A DNA stretch of 64,000 bases. It comes from Octopus bimaculoides (taxonomy: Eukaryota). The stretch covers positions 5,415,306 through 5,479,305 of the forward strand of contig NC_068988.1 in assembly GCF_001194135.2 (NCBI RefSeq). The letters run 5' to 3'. Positions 24,742-37,562 of the stretch are shown here, one piece after another (position 1 is the stretch's first letter; each line of letters starts with the position of its first letter). The position numbers were made by a program, and so were the translations under genes. The notes beneath the pieces were generated by a model. It searched no databases. It was not told the origin of the DNA and was given only the letters and a program-made list of their open reading frames with translations.

Positions 24742-24868
24742 ATCAACAGAATCAATGTTACATTTGTCTTTAATTAGCTTCAACAATGGCTTCACAGCTA
24801 AGAGCAGTGTCGTAGTACCACAAGTTTTCAAAATAAAACGCCGTTTTGTAACAAACATGCTGCTTTCA
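24742..24868 (-). CDS. AMD1: AdoMetDC exon 3 ([42 protein letters not shown]), contains the autocleavage/pyruvoyl site E63-S64 and the catalytic Cys in KTCG
   Basis: tttttgcag acceptor, GAT|gtgagt donor, 127 nt. [19 protein letters not shown] is the AdoMetDC signature; overlaps supplied ORF 24628..24858. Confidence 0.97.
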
Positions 24869-25704
24869 CTGCAAAAATATAATAAATATGTAACTAAAAA
24901 TAGTCATGGCATCAAATATTATTTCATACTAGCAGATGTACCCAGCGTTGCTCGTAATTAAAATGGCATAGTTTTTTTTTCTATTGTTTTACTTGTTTCA
25001 GTCATGTGACTGCGGCCATGCTGGAGCACTTCCTTTAGTCAAACAAATTGACCCCAGGATTCATTCTTTGTAAGCCTACTACTTATTCTATTTGTGTCTT
25101 TTGCCGAACCGCTAAGTCATGGGGATGTAAACACAGCAACACTGGTTATCAAGCGATGGTAGGCGTACAAACACAGACACACACAAATATACACATAACG
25201 ACAGTCTTCTTTCAGTTTCTAATTGAAAAAATTATTTAAATGGAAAAAATTACCATATTTATGAAATATAGCTAAAGGGAGGTAACCGTGTAAAACATTA
25301 AACTATACGAAGAGCTATTTATTTATAGCAATCACTCTCCATATATTTCAACATTTCAATATTAACATAAATAAATATCTGGTTATGAGATATAATATAC
25401 AACATATAACATATAACATACCACACAATATATAATATTTGATAATGAGTGAAAGTATTGAAACGAAATCTGTATTACAAATTAGATGCTAAGTCTATAA
25501 ATACTTTTTACTATATTAAGTACTAACATTCATGTCAGAGGAAATTAACTCATAGTAATAGATAAATAACATACCACTAATATGTAATATATAGTATATG
25601 TGAATATTTGGTAAGATATTACAATATATGAAAAATATACGAGAAATATTAAAATATTGAAATTTTCAAAAAACATGAATATTTGGTAATCGTATAATGA
25701 AAAC

Positions 25705-25748
<44 letters not shown>

Positions 25749-27099
25749 CATATATATATATTCACACCCAACACACACACACACAGATGTATTTTATCCA
25801 TGTAGACACATACATACACACACACATATACAATATATGCACACCTATATACACATACATAAATATATGCATATATATATCATCATTGTCGTCGTCGTTT
25901 AACGTCCGCTTTCCATGTTGGCATGGGTTGGACGGTTTGACTGAGGACTGGTGAACCAGAAGGCTGCACCAGGCTTCAATCTGATCTGGCAAAGTTTCAA
26001 AGCTGGCTGCCTTTCCTAACGCCAACTACTCCAAGAGGGTAGTGGGTGCTTTTACATGCCACTGGCACGAGGGCCAGTCAGGCTGTTCTGGTAACGACCA
26101 CGCTCAAAAGGTGTTTTTTATGTGCTACCTACACAGGAGCCAGTCCAGTGGTACTGGCAACGACCACGCTCGAATGTTGTTTTTCATGAAAAAGATGTGT
26201 GGCTATTTTTATTTTTGTTATTATCATGGTGAAGGACGGAGTTCGAAATAAGTTACAACTCCCGCCAATTAGAATGAGGTATGTATATGAAAATGAAACC
26301 ATTAAAGTGAAAGTATCTGTCATTACAGTATCGAAATGTGATTGTTTCAGTTTTGATACTGAAATAGTTTTCTTTTACTGTCAGTGTTTCTCCTTCCTTT
26401 CTTTTTGTATTTGTTGTTGGATTGTTCGTAAAGGTTCATAAGTGAAAGTAGGAGTTGAAAGGATTTGTAAAGGTAGTAGAAAGAGGAAATTAGATATTAT
26501 TAGGGGGGAAATGTTAATTTGTGTAGTTTTATGGATTTTATTTGTAATTAGGATTTATTTTGAGTGAAAAAATGACGCAGTGACCTAACTTATTGTATTT
26601 AGAATATTAATTCCGATTCTTTAATTCAAGAAATTTGGAATTGTGTAAATGTATGAATTTTAAACGTACACACACACACAGAGAAAATCTGCCTTTTATA
26701 GATAAGATATATTTAACTTTATCCTTATAACCTGCATTTCTGAGTGCTACATTATATTTTTCTTTAAATGGAACACTGCTCATATATACAATATCCCATA
26801 ACCAGATATTTTAAAAGTTTATTTATGTTAATATTGAAATGTTGAAATATATGGAGAGTAATTATTATAAATAAACAGATCTTCGTATAGTTTAACGTTT
26901 TACACGGTTACCTCCCTTTAGCTATATTTCATAAATATGTTAATTTTTTTCCCATTTAAATAATAATTTTTTTAATTAGAAATATACATGCACAAACACA
27001 CATATATATATACACACAAACACACACACACACATATATATACATTAGCAGGTTTGTGATATTAACTTCAAGAAACCTGCCAGTCACCTATTAGTCTGG

Positions 27100-27848
27100 T
27101 GGATATACTAGTCAGATTGACTACATCCTCGCCAGGAAACAGGAAAGATGGCTATTTATAAATGCCAAAATCTTCCCAGGTGAAGAATACACTCCACAAC
27201 ATAGCTTAAGGATCCTGCAAATAGACAGAGATTTAGAGACGTAGAGGGGGATATAGCATCACATGATGTGGAAGACAACTGGAAGTTTGTACAGAACAAC
27301 CTGTCAAGGGCTACTGATCAGATCTGTGGCTGGTGCAAAGTCCCTCTTGACCCAAGGTAATGTGGTGGTGCAACAATGCAGTTGACAGGGCCATTAGGGA
27401 AAAGAAACAGGCATGGAAGAACTGGAAGAACGGTGGTAGCAGGGAATTGTATCAGACCCACAGAAGGGAAGCTAGGAGACAGGTTTACTTAGCCAGAGGG
27501 GAAGGAGATACGAAAAAAATTTGTTTATGTTCTGCATCGTGAGGACCAAAGTGTTTCATGTCGCGAGACAGTGTGTGAGTGAATCATGATATCATAGGAG
27601 AGAAATGTGTCTGCATGGATGATGCCTCACTTGCATTTAATGAGGCTGCAAAGAGAGAGACTGAGGGACGCCACTATGAAAGGTTGCTAAATAAAGAGAA
27701 TGAATGGGAGAAAGAGAATCTGCCAAATATCAGCCCAACAGAGGGACCAGCTATCCAAATTGATAGGACCTTGGTATATAAAGCAATTAAGGGTATGAAG
27801 ACAGGGAAAGCCCCCAACCCATCAGGAATCACCGCTGAGATGCTTAAA
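27100..27848 (+). mobile_element. RTE-clade LINE fragment (endonuclease-RT linker)
   Basis: WWCNNAVDRAIREKKQAWKNWK and KAIKGMKTGKAPNPSGITAEMLK motifs. Confidence 0.75.
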
Positions 27849-28431
27849 TTTGTGTACTTTGTAAATAAATTTCAGTAATTTATTGTAGTTGTTTAAAAAT
27901 AGCGAACATTAAAATAGAGAGTGAGACTTCACCGTTTTTACGTCAATACCAGAAGTTGACATTGAGAAACCTTTTTAAAGTGAATCAGAAATATAAAGCA
28001 ATCAAATGAAGACCCTATTATATGTCTGGGGTCAAATTATTCATGCATCACAAGTACAGGAGTAATTGGTGAGGCCATTTTCATGTGAAAAGCGAATACA
28101 CACACATCTCTATTCTATATATTAGATTTATATACATAGTGAAACTATTAAAAGTGAAAGAATAAAAGTGAAACTATTAAAAGTGAAACTATGATTGTTA
28201 CTCCATCGAAGGTTTCACTTTTATTCTTCTTGTTTTGGGATGTAATACAGAAACAGTGCCAATGTTTCATTGTTTTAACTCAAAAAAATTACATGCTGAC
28301 ACTCCTGGGGTCTCATAGTATTACCATGTAAAATTTGATTTGATTGAGCCGTTTGAGAATGCATTAGGAACAGACAGAGACACAAAAGATTTTATATACA
28401 TATATAGATTCTAAATTTAAGTAAATATTAC

Positions 28432-28518
28432 CTTAAAACATAAGCATCCATATCTGCATCTTTCTCATAGCTAATTATTTCAACACGGACATTTTTAAGC
28501 AGTTCTGCCCATTCTTGT
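28432..28518 (-). CDS. AMD1: AdoMetDC exon 2 (QEWAELLKNVRVEIISYEKDADMDAYVL-S)
   Basis: ttcttcag acceptor, AG|gtaata donor, 87 nt. Phase is compatible with exons 1 and 3; AYVLS motif precedes the cleavage site. Confidence 0.95.
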
Positions 28519-30799
28519 CTGAAGAATAAAAAAGAGAAAATATTAACCAAATCAATACAATTATGCTATCAGATGTTAACTAAATGTATGCTATGAATCA
28601 TGCCTTATGGCCTGTTTTAAATATTACCAATTCAGAGGAGGAAGGCCAGTGCCCTTTTGACATCTTCAGTGCCTCTGTGACTTGTGGGAAGTTATCCCAG
28701 GACAAGATTCTTGGTACACACACACACATAAATAAAAGGGATGGAAGAGGTTGTGGAGAACTACAATTGTTTCAAAAGCATATCAGGTATACCTTAGGTA
28801 ACATTACAAATCTCTCATAACTTACAGGTGTACTTTAACCTCAGGTACATCTAACTTTTCAGTTAAAAATAGTCCACCATAAAGGAGGACGCTAAAGAAA
28901 ACTGGGTTAGCAGAAACAACCAAAGTGGGAGTGGAGATTAGAATAAGTAAAAAAACCAGTGCTTACTGATAACCTTAGCAAAATAAACAGAAGTCTGGTT
29001 TCATTTTGTTATCATCATACACAAATTATTGTAATAGCTGCAAAAGATTATGATCTCATTAATGTATGTGGCATCAGTGATGGGAAACTAATGTACTGAA
29101 AGCTGAGACATTTAATCTCTAAGGATAGATAAACATAATGGCATCATTTACAACACCAGGGCTCAGTTTTTTGCCCCCTATTATCATTGACCTCCAGGAC
29201 ATAACAAGGGAATTTATAACTAGCTGCCCTTAGGAACTATTATATGCTGATGACCTCATTCTTATAATGGAATCTGTAGCAAACATAAAAAGTAGTACCA
29301 CAAAAGAAAGATGGAGGATGGGTATTAGAAGGGGAAAGGCTTGACAGGCCCTCAATGTTGCTGTGATGGATGGGTTTTCTCTAGTACAGCATATTGCCAC
29401 TCATCTCAGCACCCCGTCATTTTCTCTGAGAGGTTCAACAGCTTGAGGCCAGTTTTTATCACTTCATCCCACATCTTCCCATGTCTTTCTCTTCCACAAG
29501 TTCCTACCACATTTAGCAATTAGCATTTCTTTATGTGGCTGTCCTCATTCATCCATTCACATCACATGACCATACCAATGCAACCTTCTCTCCTGCACAC
29601 CACAACCGATGCCTCTTATATCCAATTTTTTCTCAAGACACTTGTACTTTTTTTTGCATGTGACACTGACATTACACATCCACTGGAGCATGCTAGCTTC
29701 ATTCCTTTCCATTTTTTGTGTGTCTTTCACATTTGCAGCCTGAGTTACACAACCATGTAGCATTGTTGTTTGTATAAAGGCATTGTGCAATCTGTCTTTC
29801 ACACCGAGAGAGAGAGAGGATTTTTGTTACCAATAGGGACAATGATTCACTGCACTTTCTCCCATCAGTTCTTATTCTAGCAACTATACATTCAGCACCA
29901 CCACTTCCACTGCTAATTAAGGTCACCTAAGTGTCAGGAACTATCTACTACCTCCTAGGCATTGGAAAGCATCTATTTCCCATGTGCTTTTAGTGTTTAT
30001 TTCACCTATGCATCTGCAACAAAGTTAACCTTCCTGTAATTCCACTGCACCTCTTATATGTCCATAGTTTGCACTGAGTACAACAAATGGAATTTCTACC
30101 GACACCTACATATTGAACAGGGCCATTTACTCAAAAGGTTTTCTTACTAAGTAGAACTTTGGTCTTTGCCAAATTAACTTTAAGGCCTTTTGATTCTAGT
30201 TCTCCCAACAAGCTGTCAAAAGTACAAACATGCAACTTAGACTATCCATTTAAGTACTAGCATAATTTACAACTAAAGAATCAATGCCATAGTTTGAGAG
30301 CGGAAGCTGGATCTGTCTGAGGAATGACCAACAATCCAAGAAATGGTCGATAGGAGACCCCTCCCTCTTTCTCCCACACATAAAAAGCATAGAAGGAATG
30401 TTAGCATTCCTTTTACTTCACTCACAGCCAGGCTTTGTAACACACACACACACATGCATGTGTGTGTCTGTGTGTTGTTTACATTTGAGCTTCTTCAAAA
30501 ATCACTGGAGAACAAATTATAATATTATTCTCCTCTCAACAAATTGTCAGCTGGCTTTGTGCCATGAAAAGAGTATTATTTGCAAACCAGATAAGGGCTT
30601 TATGAACAAGGACATCAAACTATAAAAAAATGCCACAATCATAGCTAAGCCATGGAAAAAAAACGGATGTAAAATGAACAAACAATACATCAAATTACTA
30701 AAGTAATTACAGAAGTATCAAATTGCTCAAGTAATTAAAGCAATAGCAAGTTGGTGAAATAGATCATGAAAATTAGAGAGAGAATTATAGCCCAATTAA

Positions 30800-31900
30800 T
30801 TTGTAACGGAATTAGACTAGATAAAATGTAGTTTGGTTTTGTGATGGGGAGTATGACTAATACCATCTTCCTCATGAAACAGCCACAGCAGAAGTATTTA
30901 GCTAAATGTAAACCATTCTACCTAGCGTCCATTGACCTGCAGAAATCCTTCAATAGAGTGCCATGCTTTGTAATTTGGTGGTTTCCAAGGAAACTAGAGA
31001 TAGACAAATGGCTTGTGAAAGCCATGTAAACCACGTGCAAGGGTACTGTTAGTAAGTAGTCATAAGTACAGCAATTTAGAGTACAGATACGGGTTCACCA
31101 GGGCTCAGTTTTTTGCCCCCTATTATCATTGACCTCCAGGACATAACAAGGGAATTTATGACTAGCTGCCCTTAGGAACTATTATATGCTGATGACCTCA
31201 TTCTTATAATGGAATCTGTAGCAAACATAAAATTGAAATTCCAGGTATGAAAGCAAAACCTGGAATTAAAAGGCCTTAAAATTATCTTAGTAAAGACCAA
31301 AGTCCGAGTGAACACGAGAACAGACAGGACTCTACTCTCCTCAAGAAAGGTGTAGGCTGGAATTTCATATGGTATATCCAGTGCTAACTATAAACATACA
31401 AGGGTTGCAATGAACTCACAAGAAGGTTAACAGAGAAAGTAGTGTTGGTATGTGGAAGCTGAACACTAAGGACACATGGGGTAATTGGTTTTCTCAAATG
31501 ACCTGAATGCTCCCTAGAGGTAGCAGATAGTTTCAGTTATCTAAAGGACCTAATTAGAGTGGAGGAGGATGTTCTGGAAGTAGAGTTGCTGGAATAAAAA
31601 TGGGATGCTGAGAGAGCTCTTACCTCTGTTGGCTATAAAAGGTCGCTTTCTCACTCTCAAATTGAAAGGCAGATGCTTGTGTACAAACAGCAATGCTACA
31701 TGGTGGTAAGACATGGGCCCCTGAATGCAGAGGATATGGAAGACAAGAATGAAGCTCATATGCTCCACTGGATGTGCAGTGTTGGCTTACATGTATGGTA
31801 AAGTGCTAAGTTATTGAGAGAAAAATCAGCGATAAGAGGAATTAGATGTAGTGTGCAAGAGAAAAGACTGCACTGGTATGCTCATGTGATATAAACAGAT
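30800..31900 (+). mobile_element. RTE-clade LINE RT fragment
   Basis: TNTIFLMKQPQQKYLAKCKPFYLASIDLQKSFNRVP; GVHQGSV-like and LYADDL motifs; frameshifted. Confidence 0.75.
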
Positions 31901-31912
31901 GAAGACAAAGAA

Positions 31913-32469
31913 GTGCTTCGTAGCACGGTCTTTCCTTGTCCTAGATGTTCTTGGAATAAAAATTGGCCCTTTCTCATCTTGGATGTGGACTACCAAGTGT
32001 CTTCATGCACTACCTGCCTGATAAGAAAGTCAGGTACTTTCATGGCCCTGGTGATGGACCTGATTGACTTGGAAGGATCGTTGTCTATCATGGCCTGGGT
32101 CTCACCAACAAATTCAGGAGTTCTTTTCTTATCAGAACGATCAGAGTGAGTTTTCCAAGCTGCCATACCTTCGTAATCACCATTAGACTCATCCAACTTT
32201 TTCCGAATCCCCTGCACTGTCCTCAGATTGACACCCAAACACTCTGAAATGTTTGTTTTGAAGCTTCCAGCGCAAATGACAAGCAGTACAGCATGTCGTT
32301 TCCAAATTTCTGGCAGAGTGAATTGCGTCATTGTGATGTTTTTCTCACAGACGGTGCCCAACTGACCCTACTATATTGTGTGGTCAACAAAATCAAAAGC
32401 AAACAATGCACATGCGCAAAATTAAAAAAATATAAAATGGCAACGATTTATCCATCACACCCTGTGTAT
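31913..32469 (-). mobile_element. 5' fragment of a Tc1/mariner-superfamily (maT/DD37D-like) transposon
   Basis: HTH region plus RTPEFVGETQAMIDNDPSKSIRSITRAMKV; putative TIR TACACAGGGTGTGATGGATAAATC at 32469-32446; catalytic domain absent. Confidence 0.6.
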
Positions 32470-32475
32470 GTGTGT

Positions 32476-32851
32476 GGAGGCGCAATGGCCCGGTGGTTAG
32501 GGCAGTGGACTCGCAGTCATAGGATCGCAGTTTCAATTCCCAGACCAGGCGTTGTGAGTGTTTACTGAGCGAAAACACCTAAAGCTCCACGAGGCTCTGG
32601 CAGGGGATGGTGGTGAACCCTGCTGTACTCTTTCACCACAACTTTCTCTCACTCTTACTTCCTGTTTCTGTTGTGCCTATATTTCAAAGGGCCAGCCTTG
32701 TCACACTGTATCACGCTGAATATCCCCGAGAACTACGTTAAGGGTACACGTGTCTGTGGAATGCTCAGCCACTTGCACATTAATTTCATGAGCAGACTGT
32801 TCTGTTGAGTGGATCAACTGGAACCCTCGTCGCTGTAACTGACGGAGTGCC
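32476..32851 (+). mobile_element. tRNA-derived SINE, family A
   Basis: Same family as 9082-9463. Confidence 0.85.
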
Positions 32852-33377
32852 GTAGTAGTATACATACACACACACACACACACATGCACATGCATGTATG
32901 AGCAAGCGTAGTTGTATGTACGAGTGATTGAATACATGTATATTCTTTGTGTACATTTGTGTATAAGTATCATCATCATCATCATCATCATCATCGTTTA
33001 ACGTCCGCTTTCCATGCTAGCATGGGTTGGACGATTTGACTGAGGACTGGTGAAACCAGATGGCAACACCAGGCTCCAATCTAATTTGGCAGAGTTTCTA
33101 CAGCTGGATGCCCTTCCTAACGCCAACCACTCAGAGAGTGTAGTGGGTGCTTTTACGTGTCACCCGCACAAAAGCCAGTCAGGCGGTACTGGCATCGGCC
33201 ACGCTCGAAATGGTGTCTTTTATGTGCCACCCGCACAAGAGCCAGTCCAGGGGCACTGGCAACGATCTCGCTCGAAAACCCTACGAAGGCCAGTCAGGCG
33301 GTACTGGCAACGGTCACGCTCTAGCTTTATTTTATGTAATGAAGTCAGCATGTGGGCATGTGTGAGTACAATATTAA

Positions 33378-35353
33378 CCCTTTATGGCCTAGTTTACATA
33401 TAAGTGTATAGAATAAAAATGTATGTTGACTTTGATCAGGTCCCGTATAGACCATAATTTGAGCTGACTTACTTTAAGTAGGTACCAAAGTTTAATGTTT
33501 ACAATCAAATGCATTGTAGGATACTCATGAAGTTCTCTCAAGATAGTAGCGCCAACTAAGCAGTTAGCTGAGCAGTCTTTCCTCAAAATATAAGCTAGTG
33601 AAAGCTTATTTTTGTTATTTTGTTCATTCTTTCTAATTTATATATTTATTTTTTGTTATCTTTGCATTCTGAGTGTAGATCATAAAAAGTTTTTGTACAC
33701 TTAAGTGTTGTTGGCACTCTGTCGCTTACGACAAGGGTTCCAGTTGATCCGATCAACGGAACAGCCTGCTCGTGAAATTAACGTGCAAGTGGCTGAGCAC
33801 TCCACAGACACGTGTACCCTTAACGTAGTTCTCGGGGACATTCAGCGTGACACAGTGTGACAAGGCTGACCCTTTGAATTACAGGCACAACAGAAACAGG
33901 AAGTAAGAGTGAGAGAAAGTTGTGGTGAAAGAGTACAGCAGGGTTCGCCACCATCCCCTGCCAGAGCCTCGTGGAGCTTTAGGTGTTTTCGCTCAATAAA
34001 CACTCACAACGCCCGGTCTGGGAATCGAAACCGCGATCCTATGACCGCGAGTCCGCTGCCCTAACCACTGGGCCATTGCGCCTCCACACACTTAAGTGTA
34101 CATCAGGAAAAAGAATGAATACAGAATATCAATGAATATATTGAACTGAAATGATGATATAACTTTGCATACAAGTTATGTCTTGATCGATATTTTATCA
34201 ACATGTTCCACTGCATATAATATCTTTTTTACTTTCAGTTCCTTTTACAACAGAGTTTACAAGATAAGCTGTTGTGCAGGAATATCAGACTACATTTATG
34301 ATTTTGAAGTCCTTGGGGGAAAAGATGCAAAGAAACCACCTGCAAATGTTTAGGTTCAGTATGAATTTGGAGAGAGCAAGAATGTGGGGCCAAGCCTTAC
34401 AAAGGATCTTAAAAAAGAATAGAGGTAAGATTTTCTTTGATAATCTATTTGCAAGAATTGAAGTTATGATTCTGCTTAGACATCAAGAAATCTTTGCTGT
34501 TGGCACACTCAGAACTGATAGATTAAGAGGTTGCCCTATACCTACAAAGTGAGCAATGAGAAAGGAAGGAAGTGGATCCATCTGCAAGTTTGCTGAGAAA
34601 GACCACAGTCTTGTAATTTGAGGATGATATGACGACTATGACTGCAAGGAGCTGAAAGTACCCCATTCTGCAAGTGTCAAAATCTACAACCACTACATGG
34701 GTGGGGGTTGATAAAGCTGATATGCTCCTTTCCCTTCACTAAACCAAGACGCGTACCAAGAAATCGTATCATAGGATTGCTTTTCATATGATCTGGTTAG
34801 CTGTTGTCAATGCGAAGTACGAGTTCTTTGGTTGACTTCCACACTGACATTTGTAGAAGCCTACTCCAAGCAGAAAACATATTGAGAGTGAAGAAGAAAA
34901 TAATATTCCTTCTAAGAAATTATGATCATTGAAAGCATCATCAGTTCCAGATTCAGTCCATGTTGACAATATTTCTCTTGCCTGTAAAATTCACCACTAA
35001 CTGGTGCAAGATGAACAGCTGTAGCTGTTGGACAAAATTTATCTGTTCCAAGTGCCAGGTATATCAGTGTGTGGCAAAAGGTAGAGAAACTGGTTTCAGA
35101 AATTTCATGGAAATGATCATGATTATATATTTCATTTTAGCAATCACATAAAGTTACATTTGCTTTTAGAAAGAAAAGTTCATTTCAATTTCTTTTTTAT
35201 TCCTCATGTACACTTAAGTGTGCAAAAATTAATACCCTATTTTCATAAATTCCAAATGAAACCAGTGCTGTTTTTGTGTTAGTTTCAACCCAAGTAGCAC
35301 CCAAAATAAAAACCAATAAAAATATTATTTCTTAGATCATAGGCCCTTAAGTG
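33378..35353 (+). mobile_element. Degraded piggyBac element (PGBD-type transposase relic)
   Basis: TTAA at 33374-33377 and 35354-35357 with imperfect TIRs; motifs YIYDFEV, KIFFDNLF, AVGTLRTDR, YNHYMGG-VDKAD and a Cys-rich C-terminus (CKMNSCSCWTKFICSKCQVYQC). Confidence 0.82.
33709..34087 (-). mobile_element. tRNA-derived SINE, family A, nested in the piggyBac relic
   Basis: Reverse complement of 9082-9463; 12-bp TSD ACACTTAAGTGT at 33697-33708 and 34088-34099. Confidence 0.88.
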
Positions 35354-37344
35354 TTAATCACCTAAGAACTTTCTGAAGTCACCCCATAAATCCATTTATA
35401 TAGATATGGAAATTACTTAAAACCACACCCAATTCTACCCCGTAGAAGTTATTTCTAGAGTAGGCACATGGTTGGTTACTATGAATTAAAAAAATTCTCT
35501 CAGGGAAAAAGAAGAAAAATATGATTTTAATCTTGTTTACATTGAAAGGAGTAAGATTTCCAGTAATTCAGACCACTTCATGGTCCCATCAGACAAAATG
35601 GAAAAAAGCGATGCCACAGAAGATGTCCAAGGAGATATGCTTCAACAGCCATACTGATTCATGGGGCTTACATTTGCAGATACAATCTCCAAATCTGATG
35701 AGATCTAATGTATTACTTGAACATTTCTGTTGTTTCCATGGGTTATCTGTGAGCCCTCAAAATATGCAAGTCCTTTTGCATTCTGTACTGAATTTTATAT
35801 GCGCTGTGAATGTACTGGATGTGTTGCATGTAACTCTTTAATATTTTTCTCTTCTGTCGAAAGTGAAAGCGGGTTGTATTCCCATATTCTAATGCTGTGG
35901 CTAAGAGAGGATGGATTTTGCTTTTCTGTTTGTAGCTATGGTTGTAAACAGATGTAAGGTTGAAATAATTGTATATGGGGAATAAGGGAAGAAAATCGCG
36001 AACCCTCTGTATTCAAGGCTGTGTTGCTTTAGCACCAGGTCTGACCTCATCGCGTATACTTATGCTTTTCTGAAACAGTGTATCTAAAACTAAATTCGTA
36101 TTTGATTTCTTTGGCGTTGTTTGTAAGATGTGGGACAATAGATTTGTACAAAATATGGCTGCATGATTTACAATGGTTTACGTTTGATCGCATAACACAA
36201 ACACTTCTCTTCCAATAGATGTAGCAGTCCTATGTAGGCTTCTTCGTTTGTTCGGTTATGTATGTTTTGGAGTTTATAGAACGGTCGTTTTGGTTAAAAT
36301 TAAATATTAGTGGAATGACTCTTGCGCTACTCTGCTCGGGAAATTTTTTTTTAAAAATCTACATGCATTATTGTAAATGCTTAAAGAATTGAGAAATTAT
36401 TGCTAGCCAGCGATTTTCTTCATCTTTTAATTTTATTCTTTTATATTTCCTTCGATGTTTACTTTCAGTAAAGCAGAATTTGTATATCAATACATTCTGC
36501 AGCAGAGTTCAAAAACAACTATCAACAAAATCTTCAAAAAAATAATAATAATAAACTGGAGGGAAGTTAATAGTCAATTGATTGGGTACGACGCACGTGT
36601 TGAGATAAGAATTTGTTTAATGTTTAGACACATCTCAGGCCAACAAACAATATTTATTGCACCCATTCATTTAACTCATGCACATACCTATTATTATTAT
36701 TATTATTTTATCGGTATTTTGCCCATCACTACGTTCTGAGTTCAAATTCCGCCGAGGTCGACTTTGCCTTTCATCCTTTTGGGGGTCGATAAATTAAATA
36801 CCAGTGAAACACTGAGGTCGATGTACCCTTAACGTAGTTCTAGGGTACATAAAATTTGAGGTTTTTTTGCCTCTAGTAGAAAGGATTATTATTCAATTAG
36901 CTATTTTAACAAGGTACCCGTTTGAGTTTTAAAAAAAACAAACATATGGCGGCAATTAAACATTTATCGGTGAGATGGGTTTATTTTTTTCTTTTTAAGA
37001 AGAAAACTAATTGAAAAAAAAATAAGCCATAGATATATAAAAAAAGCGAAACTATTTAGTTTTAAAAAGAATTTTACAAAGTTTTGGGTAACGGGGAAAC
37101 TGCAAGTTAATATCTTGATATTTTATCTGAGATAAACAATAAAGTATTCTTTCAATTGAAAGAAAAAAAAACTGTCAGAACTGAAATGTTGTAAAGGAAT
37201 TTATGTGTAAAAGTCAATAATGAATTTGTAAATATGTTTACTAGCTTTTGCAAACATAATTAACGATCCGTTTAAACACTTTTTAAGTCAGTTCTTTAGA
37301 TTAAGTTACATAATAAGCATGACATAAAAAAGAAAAAAACTTAC

Positions 37345-37442
37345 CGAGAAATTGTTCTAAGATCCCGAGAATCACTCGAAGGTGAAAACCAGACTTCGAG
37401 TAATTTTTCAGTGCCTTCAAAAAAATGAGTTGCTGAAGCCAT
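37345..37442 (-). CDS. AMD1: S-adenosylmethionine decarboxylase proenzyme, coding exon 1 (MASATHFFEGTEKLLEVWFSPSSDSRDLRTIS-R)
   Basis: Hand translation gives the AdoMetDC N-terminal motif HFFEGTEKLLEVWF. ATG at 37442-37440 in aattATGG context; donor CG|gtaagt; 98 nt. Confidence 0.96.
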
Positions 37443-37543
37443 AATTAGTGGAATTAATGAGAAATGTGGCGAAGGAAAAGAGAGTACGTGTGGAGCATCG
37501 AGGAATTACACTTCTCTGCTGAATAAATTTCATTGATTTACAT
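37417..37543 (-). promoter_or_regulatory. Cluster of candidate upstream ORFs in the AMD1 leader: ATG-TAA (37543-37538), 38-codon uORF overlapping the main start (37533-37417), 14-codon uORF (37498-37454)
   Basis: Read directly from the minus strand. TSS and 5'UTR splicing are unknown, so presence in the mRNA is inferred. Confidence 0.55.
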
Positions 37544-37555
37544 GATTGTCGGTCG

Positions 37556-37562
37556 CTTCCGG
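37556..37562 (-). promoter_or_regulatory. ETS/GABP-like CCGGAAG motif about 115 nt upstream of the AMD1 ATG
   Basis: Motif seen in a locally CpG-containing stretch; a similar ACTTCCG lies at 52462-52468 before the MED28 ATG. Function not demonstrated. Confidence 0.3.

Noticed and set aside
35521-35957. 106-aa and 75-aa ORFs in unique-looking sequence of AMD1 intron 1
   Set aside because: No recognisable motif in any frame and no convincing exon boundaries.
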